This document shows positions 1-10,288 of a stretch of DNA of 64,000 nt, piece by piece (positions within the stretch are counted from its first letter, which is position 1; each line of letters opens with the position of its first letter). This stretch comes from Armatimonadota bacterium (GTDB lineage Bacteria; Armatimonadota; UBA5829; DTLH01): assembly GCA_039679675.1 (NCBI GenBank), contig JBDKUN010000055.1, positions 32,986-96,985 of the forward strand, written 5' to 3'. The notes under the pieces were generated by a model. That model was given only the letters and a program-made list of their open reading frames with translations. It made no database searches and was not told the DNA's origin. A program made the position numbers and the translations under genes.

Positions 1-1
1 T

Positions 2-1810
2 ACCGACTACTCAGGCATCACTGCAGGAGTTACAGACATGTCAAAGGACCCTCTTCTTGAGAATTGGCTCTACGGCAAATGCCACATCCAGCCCGGTTCA
101 CCCTGTATAGATGCAGGTGACAGTTCTGTAGTTGGTTCATCCTGGGTAGACATGGATGGACAGTCAAGAATACAAGGTTCATCTATAGATATAGGTGCAG
201 ATGAATCGGACGGTACACAGTGGACACCTAATCCTCCGCTGATAATCCGAGTCAGCCCTAACGGAAATGACTCTAACAACGGATCAAGCTGGGAACTGGC
301 TAAAAAGACTATACAAACAGGTATAGATACAGTTTATGACAATGGCGGTGGTGGTGAAGTGTGGGTTGCAGCAGGAGTTTACAACGAGCACATCACTCTG
401 AAGACAGACATTGGTATTTATGGAGGATTTGCTGGAACAGAAAGTCAGAGGAATGAGCGAAACATCAACGCTAATAAGAGTATAATTGATGGTTCTCGCA
501 GTGACCATGTTGTTAGTGCAAGAGGATTCTTAGTTATTGCTTGTATTGATGGGTTTACCATTAGAAATAGTGGAGACTCCTGTTATGGCATCTATTGCGC
601 ATATAAAGCAAGTCCTACGATAACAAATAACACTATAAGTGGTGGTATCTGCTGCGTATTATCGAGCTCTACAATAGCTAACAACCGCATAAGCGGGAAT
701 GGATCCTTAGGGATCAACTGTACGTCATCAAATCTTAGGGTAACTAACAATATAATTAGTGGAAATAGCTGTGGCATCTACTGCTATTCATCAGATCCAG
801 CAATAACCAACAATACAATCATTGGAAATAGCAGCTGCGGAATAGCTTGTGAGTCATCAAGTCCCACATTAACTAACAACATTATTGTCTTCAATGGTGT
901 CGGGCTTAATAAATCTAATGAAAGCCCGATACTCCAGAACAACTGCGTCTATGGTAATACCATCAACTACGTTTCAGGCATCACTGCCGGAACCACAGAT
1001 ATATCGCAAGACCCTCTCTTTAGAGACAAAGACAATGGAGACTACCATCTTACCTCCACATCTCCCTGCATAAACGCAGGAGATGACACAGCAGTACAGA
1101 CTGGCTGGGTTGATATGGACGGTGAGGCACGTATTATTGGCAGCCATGTGGATATTGGTGCAGATGAATACTCAGTATTTGATGTCACAGGCACAAATGC
1201 AAAGAATACCAAAGATACGGCATATGTGTTGGCAGCAAATATGGTAGTATCTTCGGTCTACGACGTCTTCTACTACGTCCAGGACATAAACAGAACCTAC
1301 GGCATAAGAATTGAGCAATTAAAGGGGACTCTGCCGCAGGTAAACCAGATAATCTCAGTTAATGGTGTCCTTGGAACTACCACAGACGGAGAAAGATGCC
1401 TACTTAGCTATGAGACACCTTCAGTTACAGGGCAGGAGACTCCAAAACCGCTGATGATTACCTGCAAATACATCGGTGGAGGAGACTACAGCTATGATTC
1501 AGCAGCCAAGACAGGCCAAAAGGGTGTAAAAGGCAGCTTTGGGCTGAACAACATAGGGTTATTAGTGACAGTATGCGGGACAGTAGCGGATATTGATACT
1601 GCTAATAAGAAACTCTACATAAATGACGGCTCTGCAACTGTAGCAGTATATTATGGCAGCATCACCCTGCCATCTGATGTAGTAAAAGGAGCAATGATCA
1701 AGGCCACAGGAGCCTGCAGTTGCTATAGATTAGATAATGAAAACCTCAGTCCTTTGATCCTCCTGAAGGACAGTAACAGTATAGCGGCACTGAGTACTCC
1801 TCAGCCGTAA
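2..1810 (+). CDS. 5'-truncated (window edge) secreted parallel beta-helix repeat protein (DUF1565-like / choice-of-anchor-Q-like modules) with C-terminal tandem OB-fold-like domain
   Basis: Frame open from base 2. Motifs RVSPNGNDSNNGSSWELAKKTIQ, repeated GIYC-x-SSPTITNNTI coils, and DPLF...SPCINAGD...DMDG...VDIGADE. Paralog of 25750..30585. Confidence 0.85.
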   Translation, partial: TDYSGITAGVTDMSKDPLLENWLYGKCHIQPGSPCIDAGDSSVVGSSWVDMDGQSRIQGSSIDIGADESDGTQWTPNPPLIIRVSPNGNDSNNGSSWELAKKTIQTGIDTVYDNGGGGEVWVAAGVYNEHITLKTDIGIYGGFAGTESQRNERNINANKSIIDGSRSDHVVSARGFLVIACIDGFTIRNSGDSCYGIYCAYKASPTITNNTISGGICCVLSSSTIANNRISGNGSLGINCTSSNLRVTNNIISGNSCGIYCYSSDPAITNNTIIGNSSCGIACESSSPTLTNNIIVFNGVGLNKSNESPILQNNCVYGNTINYVSGITAGTTDISQDPLFRDKDNGDYHLTSTSPCINAGDDTAVQTGWVDMDGEARIIGSHVDIGADEYSVFDVTGTNAKNTKDTAYVLAANMVVSSVYDVFYYVQDINRTYGIRIEQLKGTLPQVNQIISVNGVLGTTTDGERCLLSYETPSVTGQETPKPLMITCKYIGGGDYSYDSAAKTGQKGVKGSFGLNNIGLLVTVCGTVADIDTANKKLYINDGSATVAVYYGSITLPSDVVKGAMIKATGACSCYRLDNENLSPLILLKDSNSIAALSTPQP

Positions 1811-1834
1811 CTCTCCGATAAACCTAGAGAGAAA

Positions 1835-1879
1835 AAGCCTTCGGCGCGAGCTTTTCGCAATGCGCCGAAGGCTTATTTT
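1835..1879. terminator. Bidirectional intrinsic terminator
   Basis: AAGCCTTCGGCGC (1835-1847) / GCGCCGAAGGCTT (1862-1874) inverted repeat with A- and T-tracts, between convergent genes. Confidence 0.8.
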
Positions 1880-1923
1880 ATTATCCCGTGGTAGTTATGC
1901 TCTATAATCAAGCCTATTGGCGA

Positions 1924-4104
1924 TTAGGGCGTTTCTACGTCAGCCTGCTTCCTTAGCCGGAAGGCGCTGAGCGCGTAACCTCTGGCTACGTTATAGGATT
2001 GAGACCTTACTCTAAATGTACCGCTTGCGGAAGGCTTGATGTTGATCCATCTAGCCACATAACCGGCGCTGTTATCACTGCAATTGAACCAAACTGTATC
2101 GTCATTTATCTTATTAGCCATAGCCGAACATGCATAGGTGCGGTCTGTGTAATCGAGAATAATAAACTCGCTACAAAAAAGGCCATTGATTTCATTCTTA
2201 TTTACAGTGCCTACGAATTCATACAGCACATTTGGATCCAGCCCTTCGAATGTTATATCCATCCACCAGTGATTATAAGGTACGTTATAAGCATAGGGCG
2301 TTCCCGCAAAGTTCACTATCCACTGCGGATTTGCAGGATCGCTAAGATTTGCAAAGTATTTCTCGGCATCCGAGCCAGCAACAGGATTAGCGCCATTAGT
2401 CAGAATCGGAGCTAAGTTGTATGATGTAACGGTTACCCTCTCCGAAACGTAATTGCCGCTAGCATAGTCCTTGAGGAACCCACCCGGCACATCATTTGCA
2501 CTGCCGTTATAGTTAGCGAAGCTGTATTTAGTGATATTCGTTGCCGGCCCATTACTGGCGAAATACGCTAAGTCGTTATAAGCCGTGAATGTCGGGACAT
2601 AATCTATGCCTTTTGTCGTTATTATGGACGGAACAGGGGTTGTGCTGTCGGCCATGAATACCGTCATCGGCCCTTCTCTTGCAAGGAATTCCCCTACACG
2701 TATAAAGCCGGCCGGCAGGTTCGTGGAATCATCTACTTTTACATAGAGCCCTTTGTGATTTCCTGCCGTGATACCGCTTCCATCGTCAAGATAGTAACCT
2801 GCGATCTTGGTATTATCTGTGCTGTTGACGACTTCCGTTACCTTACCCGATACCTTTACAAAGAGCCCCTGTGCGGTGGCACCTGCCTTGTCGAACTCAT
2901 TTGCAACCTTGCCTGTTATAGCTACAGCCGGAACGGAAAAACTGCCGGCAGTGACTATATCATCTGCCTGAAGTGCAACTTCATTGTTCTGTTTCACTAT
3001 CTTGCCGAAGATTATAGCTTTCTGTCCTACAGTAGGTTTGGCTGTCGAGATTACCTTGATACCAGACGATCTGTCAGAATTCTCCACCCAGAAAGCATTA
3101 GTAGTGCTTGCTGTTATTATGACATTATTTATGGAAACAGGAGTATCGGCTGCGGCAGCCCTGGCTTCTGCAACTGTGTTGAATGCCACAGGAACCGCAG
3201 CGCCTGCCTTTATGTTGTCGAAATAGGCAACCGTACCAGTAGTTGCATCTGCTGCTTCATATCCATAGAGGTAAATATATGCATCATCCGCAACTAAATC
3301 ATTGTTGCCTTCTCCCAGCCAAACATCATTGACGAACACATCGAAATGGCTGCCTGTCTTGAGCACCGTAATTCTGGCCGGATATGCACACGGTGACGCC
3401 TTTTGCCAGAGATTCATTCCATCCACCCAGCAGTTCAGGTTAGGGTTTGTCGATGTAGCAGCATGGTCCTGCAAATCGAAATAATTACTATAATTGGAGA
3501 ACTTGTCCTTGATTATGCAGAAACACTGATTTTCTCCCTGGTATATCTTAGGTAGCACATACTCATACGAGCCACATTTAGGAAATGCAGTCTTGCTTAT
3601 GATCCCGCCCCTGACCGGAGCCGCATCTATATTCAACATACCGCCTGTTGTGGAAACCACTGCATCGGTCGAAAATCCACTGATGACGCTGTTGAACGGT
3701 TCCCATTTGCTCATGTCGACTTCAGTCTCTGAGAAATCGTCATAGAGAGGTGTCCGGCCATATGGAAGGTCTATATTCGCCGTCACATTAACGTCGTTCA
3801 CATTGACGCTCTGATCTACAACAGGAACTGCCTTAATGGCATTGGCTGTGATACTGCAGGTTCCGCCGGTTGCAACACCTGCAAAACTATAGTGACCACT
3901 GGAGTCTGTCTTGGTTGTCATAGATGCACCCGATGTATCATTAAGAACTACACGGGCATCAGGACATGGAATACCGCCTCTTGTTACGGTTCCTGAAACT
4001 GTTGACTGCGCATATGATGCTAATCCTGCACAAAAGACAAGGACCATCACTGCAGCCATGAGTGTCAACTTATAAGCTGACACTGCACGTAGGTTTCTAC
4101 GCAT
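1924..4104 (-). CDS. Secreted multidomain protein: carboxypeptidase-regulatory-like Ig domain, lectin-like beta domain, internal tandem OB-fold-like module
   Basis: Signal peptide ending ASYA-Q; TVSGTVT...TTKTDSSGHYSF motif; FWVENSDRSSGIKV and GLFVKVSGKV...YYLDDGSG resemble the shared module. Confidence 0.75.
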   Translation of the reverse strand: MRRNLRAVSAYKLTLMAAVMVLVFCAGLASYAQSTVSGTVTRGGIPCPDARVVLNDTSGASMTTKTDSSGHYSFAGVATGGTCSITANAIKAVPVVDQSVNVNDVNVTANIDLPYGRTPLYDDFSETEVDMSKWEPFNSVISGFSTDAVVSTTGGMLNIDAAPVRGGIISKTAFPKCGSYEYVLPKIYQGENQCFCIIKDKFSNYSNYFDLQDHAATSTNPNLNCWVDGMNLWQKASPCAYPARITVLKTGSHFDVFVNDVWLGEGNNDLVADDAYIYLYGYEAADATTGTVAYFDNIKAGAAVPVAFNTVAEARAAAADTPVSINNVIITASTTNAFWVENSDRSSGIKVISTAKPTVGQKAIIFGKIVKQNNEVALQADDIVTAGSFSVPAVAITGKVANEFDKAGATAQGLFVKVSGKVTEVVNSTDNTKIAGYYLDDGSGITAGNHKGLYVKVDDSTNLPAGFIRVGEFLAREGPMTVFMADSTTPVPSIITTKGIDYVPTFTAYNDLAYFASNGPATNITKYSFANYNGSANDVPGGFLKDYASGNYVSERVTVTSYNLAPILTNGANPVAGSDAEKYFANLSDPANPQWIVNFAGTPYAYNVPYNHWWMDITFEGLDPNVLYEFVGTVNKNEINGLFCSEFIILDYTDRTYACSAMANKINDDTVWFNCSDNSAGYVARWINIKPSASGTFRVRSQSYNVARGYALSAFRLRKQADVETP

Positions 4105-4213
4105 TCTACCTTTCTACCTCTCTTTCAACTAAGCAATTACGGATGTAAATTCACACCTGAAATCAATAACTGTAATACAGCCAGAAAATCTATGCTGCGA
4201 ACTGCACTATACC

Positions 4214-4255
4214 AAAAACGCAACTGAGGTTGACCGTAATCGATCAACCTCAGTG
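4214..4255 (-). terminator. Terminator-like hairpin in the 5' leader of the 726-aa gene
   Basis: ACTGAGGTTGA (4223-4233) / TCAACCTCAGT (4244-4254); followed on the minus strand by TGCGTTTTT. Confidence 0.6.
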
Positions 4256-4423
4256 TATTATTACATCTGACCACTATGTCTTTTGTTCATTCAGGGCACT
4301 AGGCACTACTTCGTGCTTTTGCATACATCGACTATACACTCGAATACGCCTATAAGCAGGTACCATCTTCATTTAACGGATAATCTGTGATTTGATAGCG
4401 ACAAGTGCCTTAGCTATACTCTT

Positions 4424-4452
4424 TATATACCATGCGCTTGTTTGCTTGTCAA
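4424..4452 (-). promoter_or_regulatory. Sigma70-type promoter
   Basis: Minus strand TTGACA-N17-TATATA with TG before the -10. Confidence 0.65.
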
Positions 4453-4598
4453 ACAAATTTAGATATTAATGTATATGCAGAGCGATTATGTTCCCTATGG
4501 CTGCAAACCGAAACTGAGAGTACGGCTGGGACTTGCATTAAGAGCTATAATACGGAAGAAAATTGAAGAAAATGCCGTCAGTAGGTAATCAAATGCGG

Positions 4599-4643
4599 AA
4601 AAAGCCTCTTTCGCAAACTCACTTGACTGCGAAAAAGGCTTTT
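4599..4643 (-). terminator. Terminator downstream of tRNA-Leu
   Basis: AAAAGCCTCTTTCGCA...TGCGAAAAAGGCTTTT imperfect inverted repeat just past the CCA end. Confidence 0.75.
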
Positions 4644-4653
4644 ATAAGCGTGA

Positions 4654-4740
4654 TGGTGGGGATGAGAAGAGTCGAACTTCCACGGGCGTAATGCCCACTT
4701 GGCCCTCAACCAAGCGCGTCTACCATTCCGCCACATCCCC
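4654..4740 (-). tRNA. tRNA-Leu (anticodon GAG)
   Basis: Minus strand GGGGATG acceptor stem, TGGCGGAATGGTAGACGC D arm, CTTGG-TTGAGGG-CCAAG anticodon arm, long variable arm, GTTCGACTC T arm, encoded CCA. Confidence 0.97.
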
Positions 4741-4752
4741 GTACCAGTGTAT

Positions 4753-4781
4753 ATTTTACTGTGAGTGACTCCGCTTGTCAA
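4753..4781 (-). promoter_or_regulatory. tRNA promoter
   Basis: Minus strand TTGACA-N17-TAAAAT just upstream of the tRNA 5' end. Confidence 0.75.
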
Positions 4782-4818
4782 GACGTAAATTTACGTTTTT
4801 CTGCAGTTTTACGGCATA

Positions 4819-4858
4819 CCCCTCATCCCAACCTTCTCCCGCAAGGGGAGAAGGAGCT
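4819..4858. repeat. REP-like palindrome (CCCCTCATCCCAACCTTCTCCC-GCAA-GGGGAGAAGG)
   Basis: Hairpin CCTTCTCCC/GGGAGAAGG preceded by CCCCTCA, a widespread intergenic repeat style. Confidence 0.55.
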
Positions 4859-4947
4859 GATTGTGCAAATTCTTAAAATCAGTGTCACAATATTCCGCTA
4901 TGGTTTCGGCTACGATGAAGTATTCCAAAATTTAATCTTATGTGATT

Positions 4948-5844
4948 CTACCTACTCTTAAGACTTTCACGGACTTGTTTCCAATCTTTGCCAGATTCGG
5001 CAGCTCTGACAAGATCGAATACATAATCAAGATCGCCAATAACCTTCTGCCAGTATTGATTTGGATGGGATATAAAGTTTTTCTGTTTAAGCATAATATA
5101 CAGATTGATTTTGTCAATTTGACAATAATCAACATTACATTCCTTTAAGGGCACTAACAGAAAAGCCATCGTAAACTCTAGATATATAAGAAGTAGAAAG
5201 TCTAATATATTGTTACATATTTCGATTAGCAGTTCATCCTGCTCAAAACCTAAAGATAGTGGTTCCGTCTGGCCGTTTTTACCAATTTCGACTATTTGCT
5301 TTAATACTGAAAACTTATAAGAGTGTGCCATCGCAGACAGAATCTCATATTCGTTCCATCCAAGCTTTAAATCCTCCTTGATAAAGTTCGTCAGTTTGAA
5401 CTGGCGTGGAACTTTTTTACCGCGCGCATAGCTGTAGTAAGTGTCATCCGGATATAGTGACACAAAGATAATTCTAAGAAAGGCTTCGTATGCCACCCTT
5501 GCCAAGACTAGACAATCCACATAATAACCCTTTATCAGCCTATCGAAAGCTGAGTAGATAGGTTTTATATTTTCTGCCTCCATAATATGCTGAACAATTC
5601 GATTTCTAGGCCATTTGGTGTGATCTGCCCAAGAGTTTGCATATCCAATGGCACTTACAAGCACATCGTAACCAGCCTCAAACTGCCTACAGAATCTGCC
5701 GTAATTCGACTCCATAAATTCCTGATTTTTACTCTCGCACTGCCGCAACCACAAAGTAGTGTTGCTTGGCAACTGTTCATTACAGAACGCGTCAAACTGG
5801 AGTGTTAATTCGTCTAGATCGACACCTTCTCTTGTTTGGCCCAT
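4948..5844 (-). CDS. AT-rich hypothetical protein, DUF5677-like all-helical fold
   Basis: 298-aa ORF with AGGTGG RBS; motifs LARVAYEAFLR and YEILSAMAHS (R..E and Y..LS..H pattern). Confidence 0.6.
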   Translation of the reverse strand: MGQTREGVDLDELTLQFDAFCNEQLPSNTTLWLRQCESKNQEFMESNYGRFCRQFEAGYDVLVSAIGYANSWADHTKWPRNRIVQHIMEAENIKPIYSAFDRLIKGYYVDCLVLARVAYEAFLRIIFVSLYPDDTYYSYARGKKVPRQFKLTNFIKEDLKLGWNEYEILSAMAHSYKFSVLKQIVEIGKNGQTEPLSLGFEQDELLIEICNNILDFLLLIYLEFTMAFLLVPLKECNVDYCQIDKINLYIMLKQKNFISHPNQYWQKVIGDLDYVFDLVRAAESGKDWKQVRESLKSR

Positions 5845-6156
5845 GTGTATACCACCTAAAACTTTTATGCTTCAAAGCCGCAGTTCGTCCCGCATACTTT
5901 TCACTAACTTATTGGGTTAGTGGAAAGTGAAAAATACGTGCGCCAAAGTATTCAATCGCTAAACTCCAGTCTATTACTTGCTGCGTAATCCGTCGAGTCC
6001 AGCTACTTATGCAAGACGTTATGCTTATCTGCTACCTTCCTCAACCGTTTGCCTAAATCCTCTCATTGGGACGCATGCTACCTCGAAAATGAGCCGTTTT
6101 CACCTCCCTTAGGCAGCAGAGTCCATTATTTGTGATTCATACCTCTGAGCGGCTTT

Positions 6157-6186
6157 TTGACACTCTAAAAGCCCGAATGTTATACT
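6157..6186 (+). promoter_or_regulatory. Promoter of hom-met cluster
   Basis: TTGACA-N18-TATACT with TG extended -10. Confidence 0.6.
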
Positions 6187-6245
6187 AATACCTGGGGAAA
6201 AATGCCCACATAAGTCAAGAATTCAAGGAGAGGAGAAATGTTGAG

Positions 6246-7532
6246 TTGAAAGATGCCATCAACGTTGGTGTAATCGGTTTTGGAACAGTCGGAAGCGGGG
6301 CTGTGCAGATAATGATGCACAACGCTGATGATATCGCTCGCAAGGTAGGCTGTCCTGTAAAGATCAAACGGATCGCAGACCTGGACATTACTACACCTCG
6401 TCCGGTTGAAATCGATAAAAGCGTCCTTGAAATGGATGCGAACGACATAATCAATGACCCTGAGATAGACATCGTTGTTGAGACTATCGGCGGAATCAAG
6501 CCTGCCGGAGAGTTAATCCGCCGTGCTTTGGAAGCAGGAAAGAACGTCGTCACAGCGAACAAGGAACTCATCGCAAAGGAAGGCGCAAAGCTCCTGCCGC
6601 TTGCAGGTAAGCTCGGCAAGGACTTAATGTTCGAAGCGAGCGTAGGCGGGGGAATCCCGATCATCCGGCCTATGAAGTCATGCCTCGCGGGGAACGAAAT
6701 CCTAGAGATCAAAGGCATTGTAAACGGTACGACGAACTACATTCTTACTCGTATGGCCGCAGAAGGGTTGAACTACGAAGACGTCCTCCCTGATGCTCAG
6801 GCTAAAGGTTACGCCGAAGCCAACCCGACTGCCGATGTAGAAGGCCATGACGCTGCCTACAAGATTTCTATCCTCAGTTCTATCGGCTTTACGAGCCGCG
6901 TGGATGTTACCAAAGTCTACCGCGAAGGTATTACTAAGATTACTGCCGATGATATGAAGTACGCCGACCGGTTCGGCTATGTAATCAAACTCCTTGCCAT
7001 CGCAAAGCGCGTAAACGACTGCATGCAGGTCCGGGTTCATCCGGCATTTCTGCCTAAGATGCACCCGCTTGCGAGCGTAAACGGCGTTTTCAACGGCATC
7101 TACCTGAAAGCTGATGCAGTGGGCGAAGTAATGTTCTACGGGCCGGGCGCTGGCTCGCTTGCCGCAGGAAGCGCAGTCGTCGGCGATGTCATTGATACTG
7201 CGCGAAACGTCAACTCCGGCTCCACATCACGCATATCATGCACCTGCTTCGATAATCGAAAGCTCCTCGGAATGGACAGCGTGGTCAGCAAGAATTACGT
7301 GCGGATTATCGGCGAAGACAAGCCGAGAATGCTTGCGGCAATTACTACGGTATTTGCTGATCACAACGTAAGCATCGCAAACGCAATTCAGAATGCCCAG
7401 GAAAACGGCTGCGGCGAGACTGTATGGCTCACACATGAGGCCGCTGAACCGAACATGAAGAAGGCACTTGACGCCATCCGCGCTCTGCCAGTCGTAAAAG
7501 AAATTGCTGGTTGGATTCGGGTCGAAGAGTAA
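6246..7532 (+). CDS. hom: Homoserine dehydrogenase with C-terminal ACT domain
   Basis: GVIGFGTVG Rossmann motif, VVTANK, FEASVGGGIP, GIVNGTTNYIL, GYAEANPTADVEG. Confidence 0.95.
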   Translation: MKDAINVGVIGFGTVGSGAVQIMMHNADDIARKVGCPVKIKRIADLDITTPRPVEIDKSVLEMDANDIINDPEIDIVVETIGGIKPAGELIRRALEAGKNVVTANKELIAKEGAKLLPLAGKLGKDLMFEASVGGGIPIIRPMKSCLAGNEILEIKGIVNGTTNYILTRMAAEGLNYEDVLPDAQAKGYAEANPTADVEGHDAAYKISILSSIGFTSRVDVTKVYREGITKITADDMKYADRFGYVIKLLAIAKRVNDCMQVRVHPAFLPKMHPLASVNGVFNGIYLKADAVGEVMFYGPGAGSLAAGSAVVGDVIDTARNVNSGSTSRISCTCFDNRKLLGMDSVVSKNYVRIIGEDKPRMLAAITTVFADHNVSIANAIQNAQENGCGETVWLTHEAAEPNMKKALDAIRALPVVKEIAGWIRVEE

Positions 7533-7618
7533 ATTCATCACTCTTCAAATAATACTACCAGCCTTGCGATGCTTTATCTGAAAGATTGCTGATTTGCGCC
7601 TGTTCCAGGAGATACAAA

Positions 7619-8899
7619 ATGTCAGAAAACCTTAAATTCGATACCCTTGCGCTGCATGCAGGCCATGAAATAGATGCTACCGGCTCACGCGCAGTGCCTA
7701 TATACCAGACTACAGCTTATACATTCAAAAATACCGACCATGCCGCATCGCTCTTTGCTCTTGAGGAGCCGGGGTTCATATACACCAGGCTTCAGAACCC
7801 AACGCTGGATGTGCTCGAAAAGCGTGTTGCTGCGCTTGAGGGTGGGGTCGCGGCGGTCGTGACTGCTTCAGGGCAGGCGGCAGAGATGCTGAGTGTGCTT
7901 ACCATCGCAAAAGAGGGCGATGATATTGTCGCGTCGAGCGCTCTCTACGGCGGAAGCTATACACTTTTCAACAACAGCCTTCGAAGACTTGGTATCAACG
8001 GGATTTTCGTAAACTCTTTTGACCCGGAAGACTACAAGAAGGCTATTACGCCGAAGACCAAGCTGATATATGTCGAGTCCATCGCAAATCCTAAGCTGGA
8101 TGTGCCGGATTTTGCGGCACTTGCCAAAGTAGCGCATGAGGCAGGGATTCCTTTGATTGTAGATAACACCGTCGCGACGCCGTATCTCTGCCGTCCCATC
8201 GAGTGGGGTGCGGATATCGTCATCCATTCGCTCACTAAGTGGATGGGCGGACACGGAAACTCGATGGGCGGAATCGTGGTCGATTCCGGTAAGTTCAACT
8301 GGGATAACGGCAAGTTCAGCGACCTTGTAGACCCTGACCCGAACTACCACGGGATGTCATATACGGGTACTTTCGGCTCTGAGGCGTATGCGGCAAAAGC
8401 GAGGCTGGTCGTGCTGCGCGATTTCGGCCCTGCAATGAGCCCGTTCAACGCATTTCTCATTTTGCAGGGGATCGAGACGCTTTCGCTCCGTATGGAGCGC
8501 CACTGCTCGAATGCTGCTGCCGTTGCTAAATTCCTGCAGGCGAACGACGCCGTGAGCTGGGTGAGTTATCCGGGTCTTGAAGGTCATGCGAGCTATAAAA
8601 ATGCTAAAAAGTATCTGACAAAAGGCACCGGAAGCATGATCGGGTTCGGAATCAAGGGCGGATACGAAGCCGGAGTTAAGTTCATCAACGCCGTTAAGCT
8701 GTTCTCTCATCTGGCGAACATCGGGGATTCGCGCTCGCTCGTGATTCATCCCGCCAGCACTACCCATCAGCAGCTCACTGATGAAGAAAAGGTAGCTGCC
8801 GGAGCAACGAACGACTTTATCCGGCTTTCGATAGGCATTGAGGACATTGACGACATTATCGGTGATATAGACCAGGCGCTCAGAAAGTCGCAGCAGTAG
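7619..8899 (+). CDS. metY: O-acetylhomoserine sulfhydrylase (aminocarboxypropyltransferase)
   Basis: [30 protein letters not shown] lysine, [24 protein letters not shown] after AGGAG. Confidence 0.93.
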   Translation: MSENLKFDTLALHAGHEIDATGSRAVPIYQTTAYTFKNTDHAASLFALEEPGFIYTRLQNPTLDVLEKRVAALEGGVAAVVTASGQAAEMLSVLTIAKEGDDIVASSALYGGSYTLFNNSLRRLGINGIFVNSFDPEDYKKAITPKTKLIYVESIANPKLDVPDFAALAKVAHEAGIPLIVDNTVATPYLCRPIEWGADIVIHSLTKWMGGHGNSMGGIVVDSGKFNWDNGKFSDLVDPDPNYHGMSYTGTFGSEAYAAKARLVVLRDFGPAMSPFNAFLILQGIETLSLRMERHCSNAAAVAKFLQANDAVSWVSYPGLEGHASYKNAKKYLTKGTGSMIGFGIKGGYEAGVKFINAVKLFSHLANIGDSRSLVIHPASTTHQQLTDEEKVAAGATNDFIRLSIGIEDIDDIIGDIDQALRKSQQ

Positions 8900-8983
8900 A
8901 GCAGGGAAGACTTACGTAAGGGAAACATAAAGATACTGTCCGCCGTAGGCGGACGCTTCGGCAGCAAGCGGACCGAAGCAAAT

Positions 8984-9068
8984 GTCATTCCGAGCTACCA
9001 TAACGTCATTCCGAGTTTGACTCGGAATCCAGGAAAAACTGGACCCTGAATCAAGTTCAGGGTGACGT
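8984..9068. repeat. GTCA-type double-hairpin palindromic element, copy A
   Basis: GTCATTCCGAG-TTTGA-CTCGGAATCC...GGACCCTGAATCAAGTTCAGGGTGACGT; second copy at 39559. Confidence 0.8.
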
Positions 9069-9127
9069 GCTGATTGTTCAGAATAGCGTCTTTCTTAAGT
9101 GTGAACCCGTAAAACCTAATAAATAAG

Positions 9128-10288
9128 ATGACTAAACACGAACCAGGATCAGTCGGAATAGTAGAAACGAAGCTCTTTACGTTCGGCGCACCGCCGGATG
9201 AGCTTGAGCTCGAGTGCGGGCGCAAACTTGGGCCTATCGACATCGTCTACGAGATGTACGGCGAAATGAACGGGGACAAAAGCAACTGCATTCTGGTTAC
9301 GCACGCGCTCTCAGGTGATGCGCATGCCGCCGGACGCCACTTGCCGGACGACCCTAAACCCGGCTGGTGGGATAGCATGATCGGGCCGGGAAAAGCGTTC
9401 GACACGAACAAATACTGCGTAATATGCACGAATGTAATCGGCGGATGCAGCAGGAGCACAGGGCCTGCATCGATCAACCCGAAAACCGGGAAGCCATATG
9501 GCCTCGACTTTCCGATGGTCACTATTTCCGACATGGTGAACGCCCAGAAGCGCCTGATCGACTCGCTCGGAATCAAACAGCTCGCGTGCGTGGCAGGCGG
9601 GAGCATGGGTGGCATGCAGGCGCTCCAGTGGGCAGTTTCCTACCCTGATATGATGCGGCTTATCATACCGATTGCGAGCACGGCGAGGCTCTCAGCACAA
9701 CAGATAGGCTTCGATGCAATCGGGCGGCACGCTATCATGGCCGACCCGGACTGGATGGACGGCAACTATTACGGCGGCCCGGAGCCTGACCGCGGCCTTG
9801 CAATCGCGCGCATGATAGGTCACATTCAGTATATGTCCGAGCAGTCGATGCACCAGAAATACGGACGCGGCCTTCAGGACAAGGACAAACCGGACTACGA
9901 TTTCGTGACAGAGTTTCAGGTGGAGAGCTATCTCGATTATAAGGGCGGCGAGTTCGTGAAACGCTTCGATGCGAACTCTTACCTCTATATAACTAAGGCG
10001 ACGGACTACTTCGACCTCGCGCAGCCGAGCGGAGACCTTCGCCGGGAGCTTTCTAGGGTTAAGGCGGCAGTTTTGGTGGTGTCGTTCTCATCGGACTGGC
10101 TCTTTCCTTCATATATGTCGAAGGAACTGGTCTCCGCACTCCGCAAGAACAACGTTGATGTGAGCTATGCAGAAGTTCAGTCCGATTATGGCCACGATGC
10201 GTTTCTTTTGGAAGCGGATACACTCGGCAAACTTGTCGCCAACTTCCTTGAGTATGCTGACCCCAAGCGGAGGCCGATAGATGGCTGA
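9128..10288 (+). CDS. metX: Homoserine O-acetyltransferase
   Basis: HALSGDAH, PGWWD..IGPGK, GGSMGGMQ nucleophile elbow, RFDANSY, GHDAFL. Confidence 0.95.
   Translation: MTKHEPGSVGIVETKLFTFGAPPDELELECGRKLGPIDIVYEMYGEMNGDKSNCILVTHALSGDAHAAGRHLPDDPKPGWWDSMIGPGKAFDTNKYCVICTNVIGGCSRSTGPASINPKTGKPYGLDFPMVTISDMVNAQKRLIDSLGIKQLACVAGGSMGGMQALQWAVSYPDMMRLIIPIASTARLSAQQIGFDAIGRHAIMADPDWMDGNYYGGPEPDRGLAIARMIGHIQYMSEQSMHQKYGRGLQDKDKPDYDFVTEFQVESYLDYKGGEFVKRFDANSYLYITKATDYFDLAQPSGDLRRELSRVKAAVLVVSFSSDWLFPSYMSKELVSALRKNNVDVSYAEVQSDYGHDAFLLEADTLGKLVANFLEYADPKRRPIDG

Noticed and set aside
4654..4700. tRNA-Leu 3' end as an integration (att) site
   Set aside because: No duplicated 3' end and no integrase within the window.
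5940..6110. Possible HTH pseudogene remnant on the minus strand (DLGKRLRKVADKHN...)
   Set aside because: Short, interrupted by stops, no valid start codon; the similarity is too weak.
5845..7618. SAM or T-box riboswitch for the methionine genes
   Set aside because: No recognisable SAM-I or T-box motifs; the hom promoter is only ~60 bp from the start codon.
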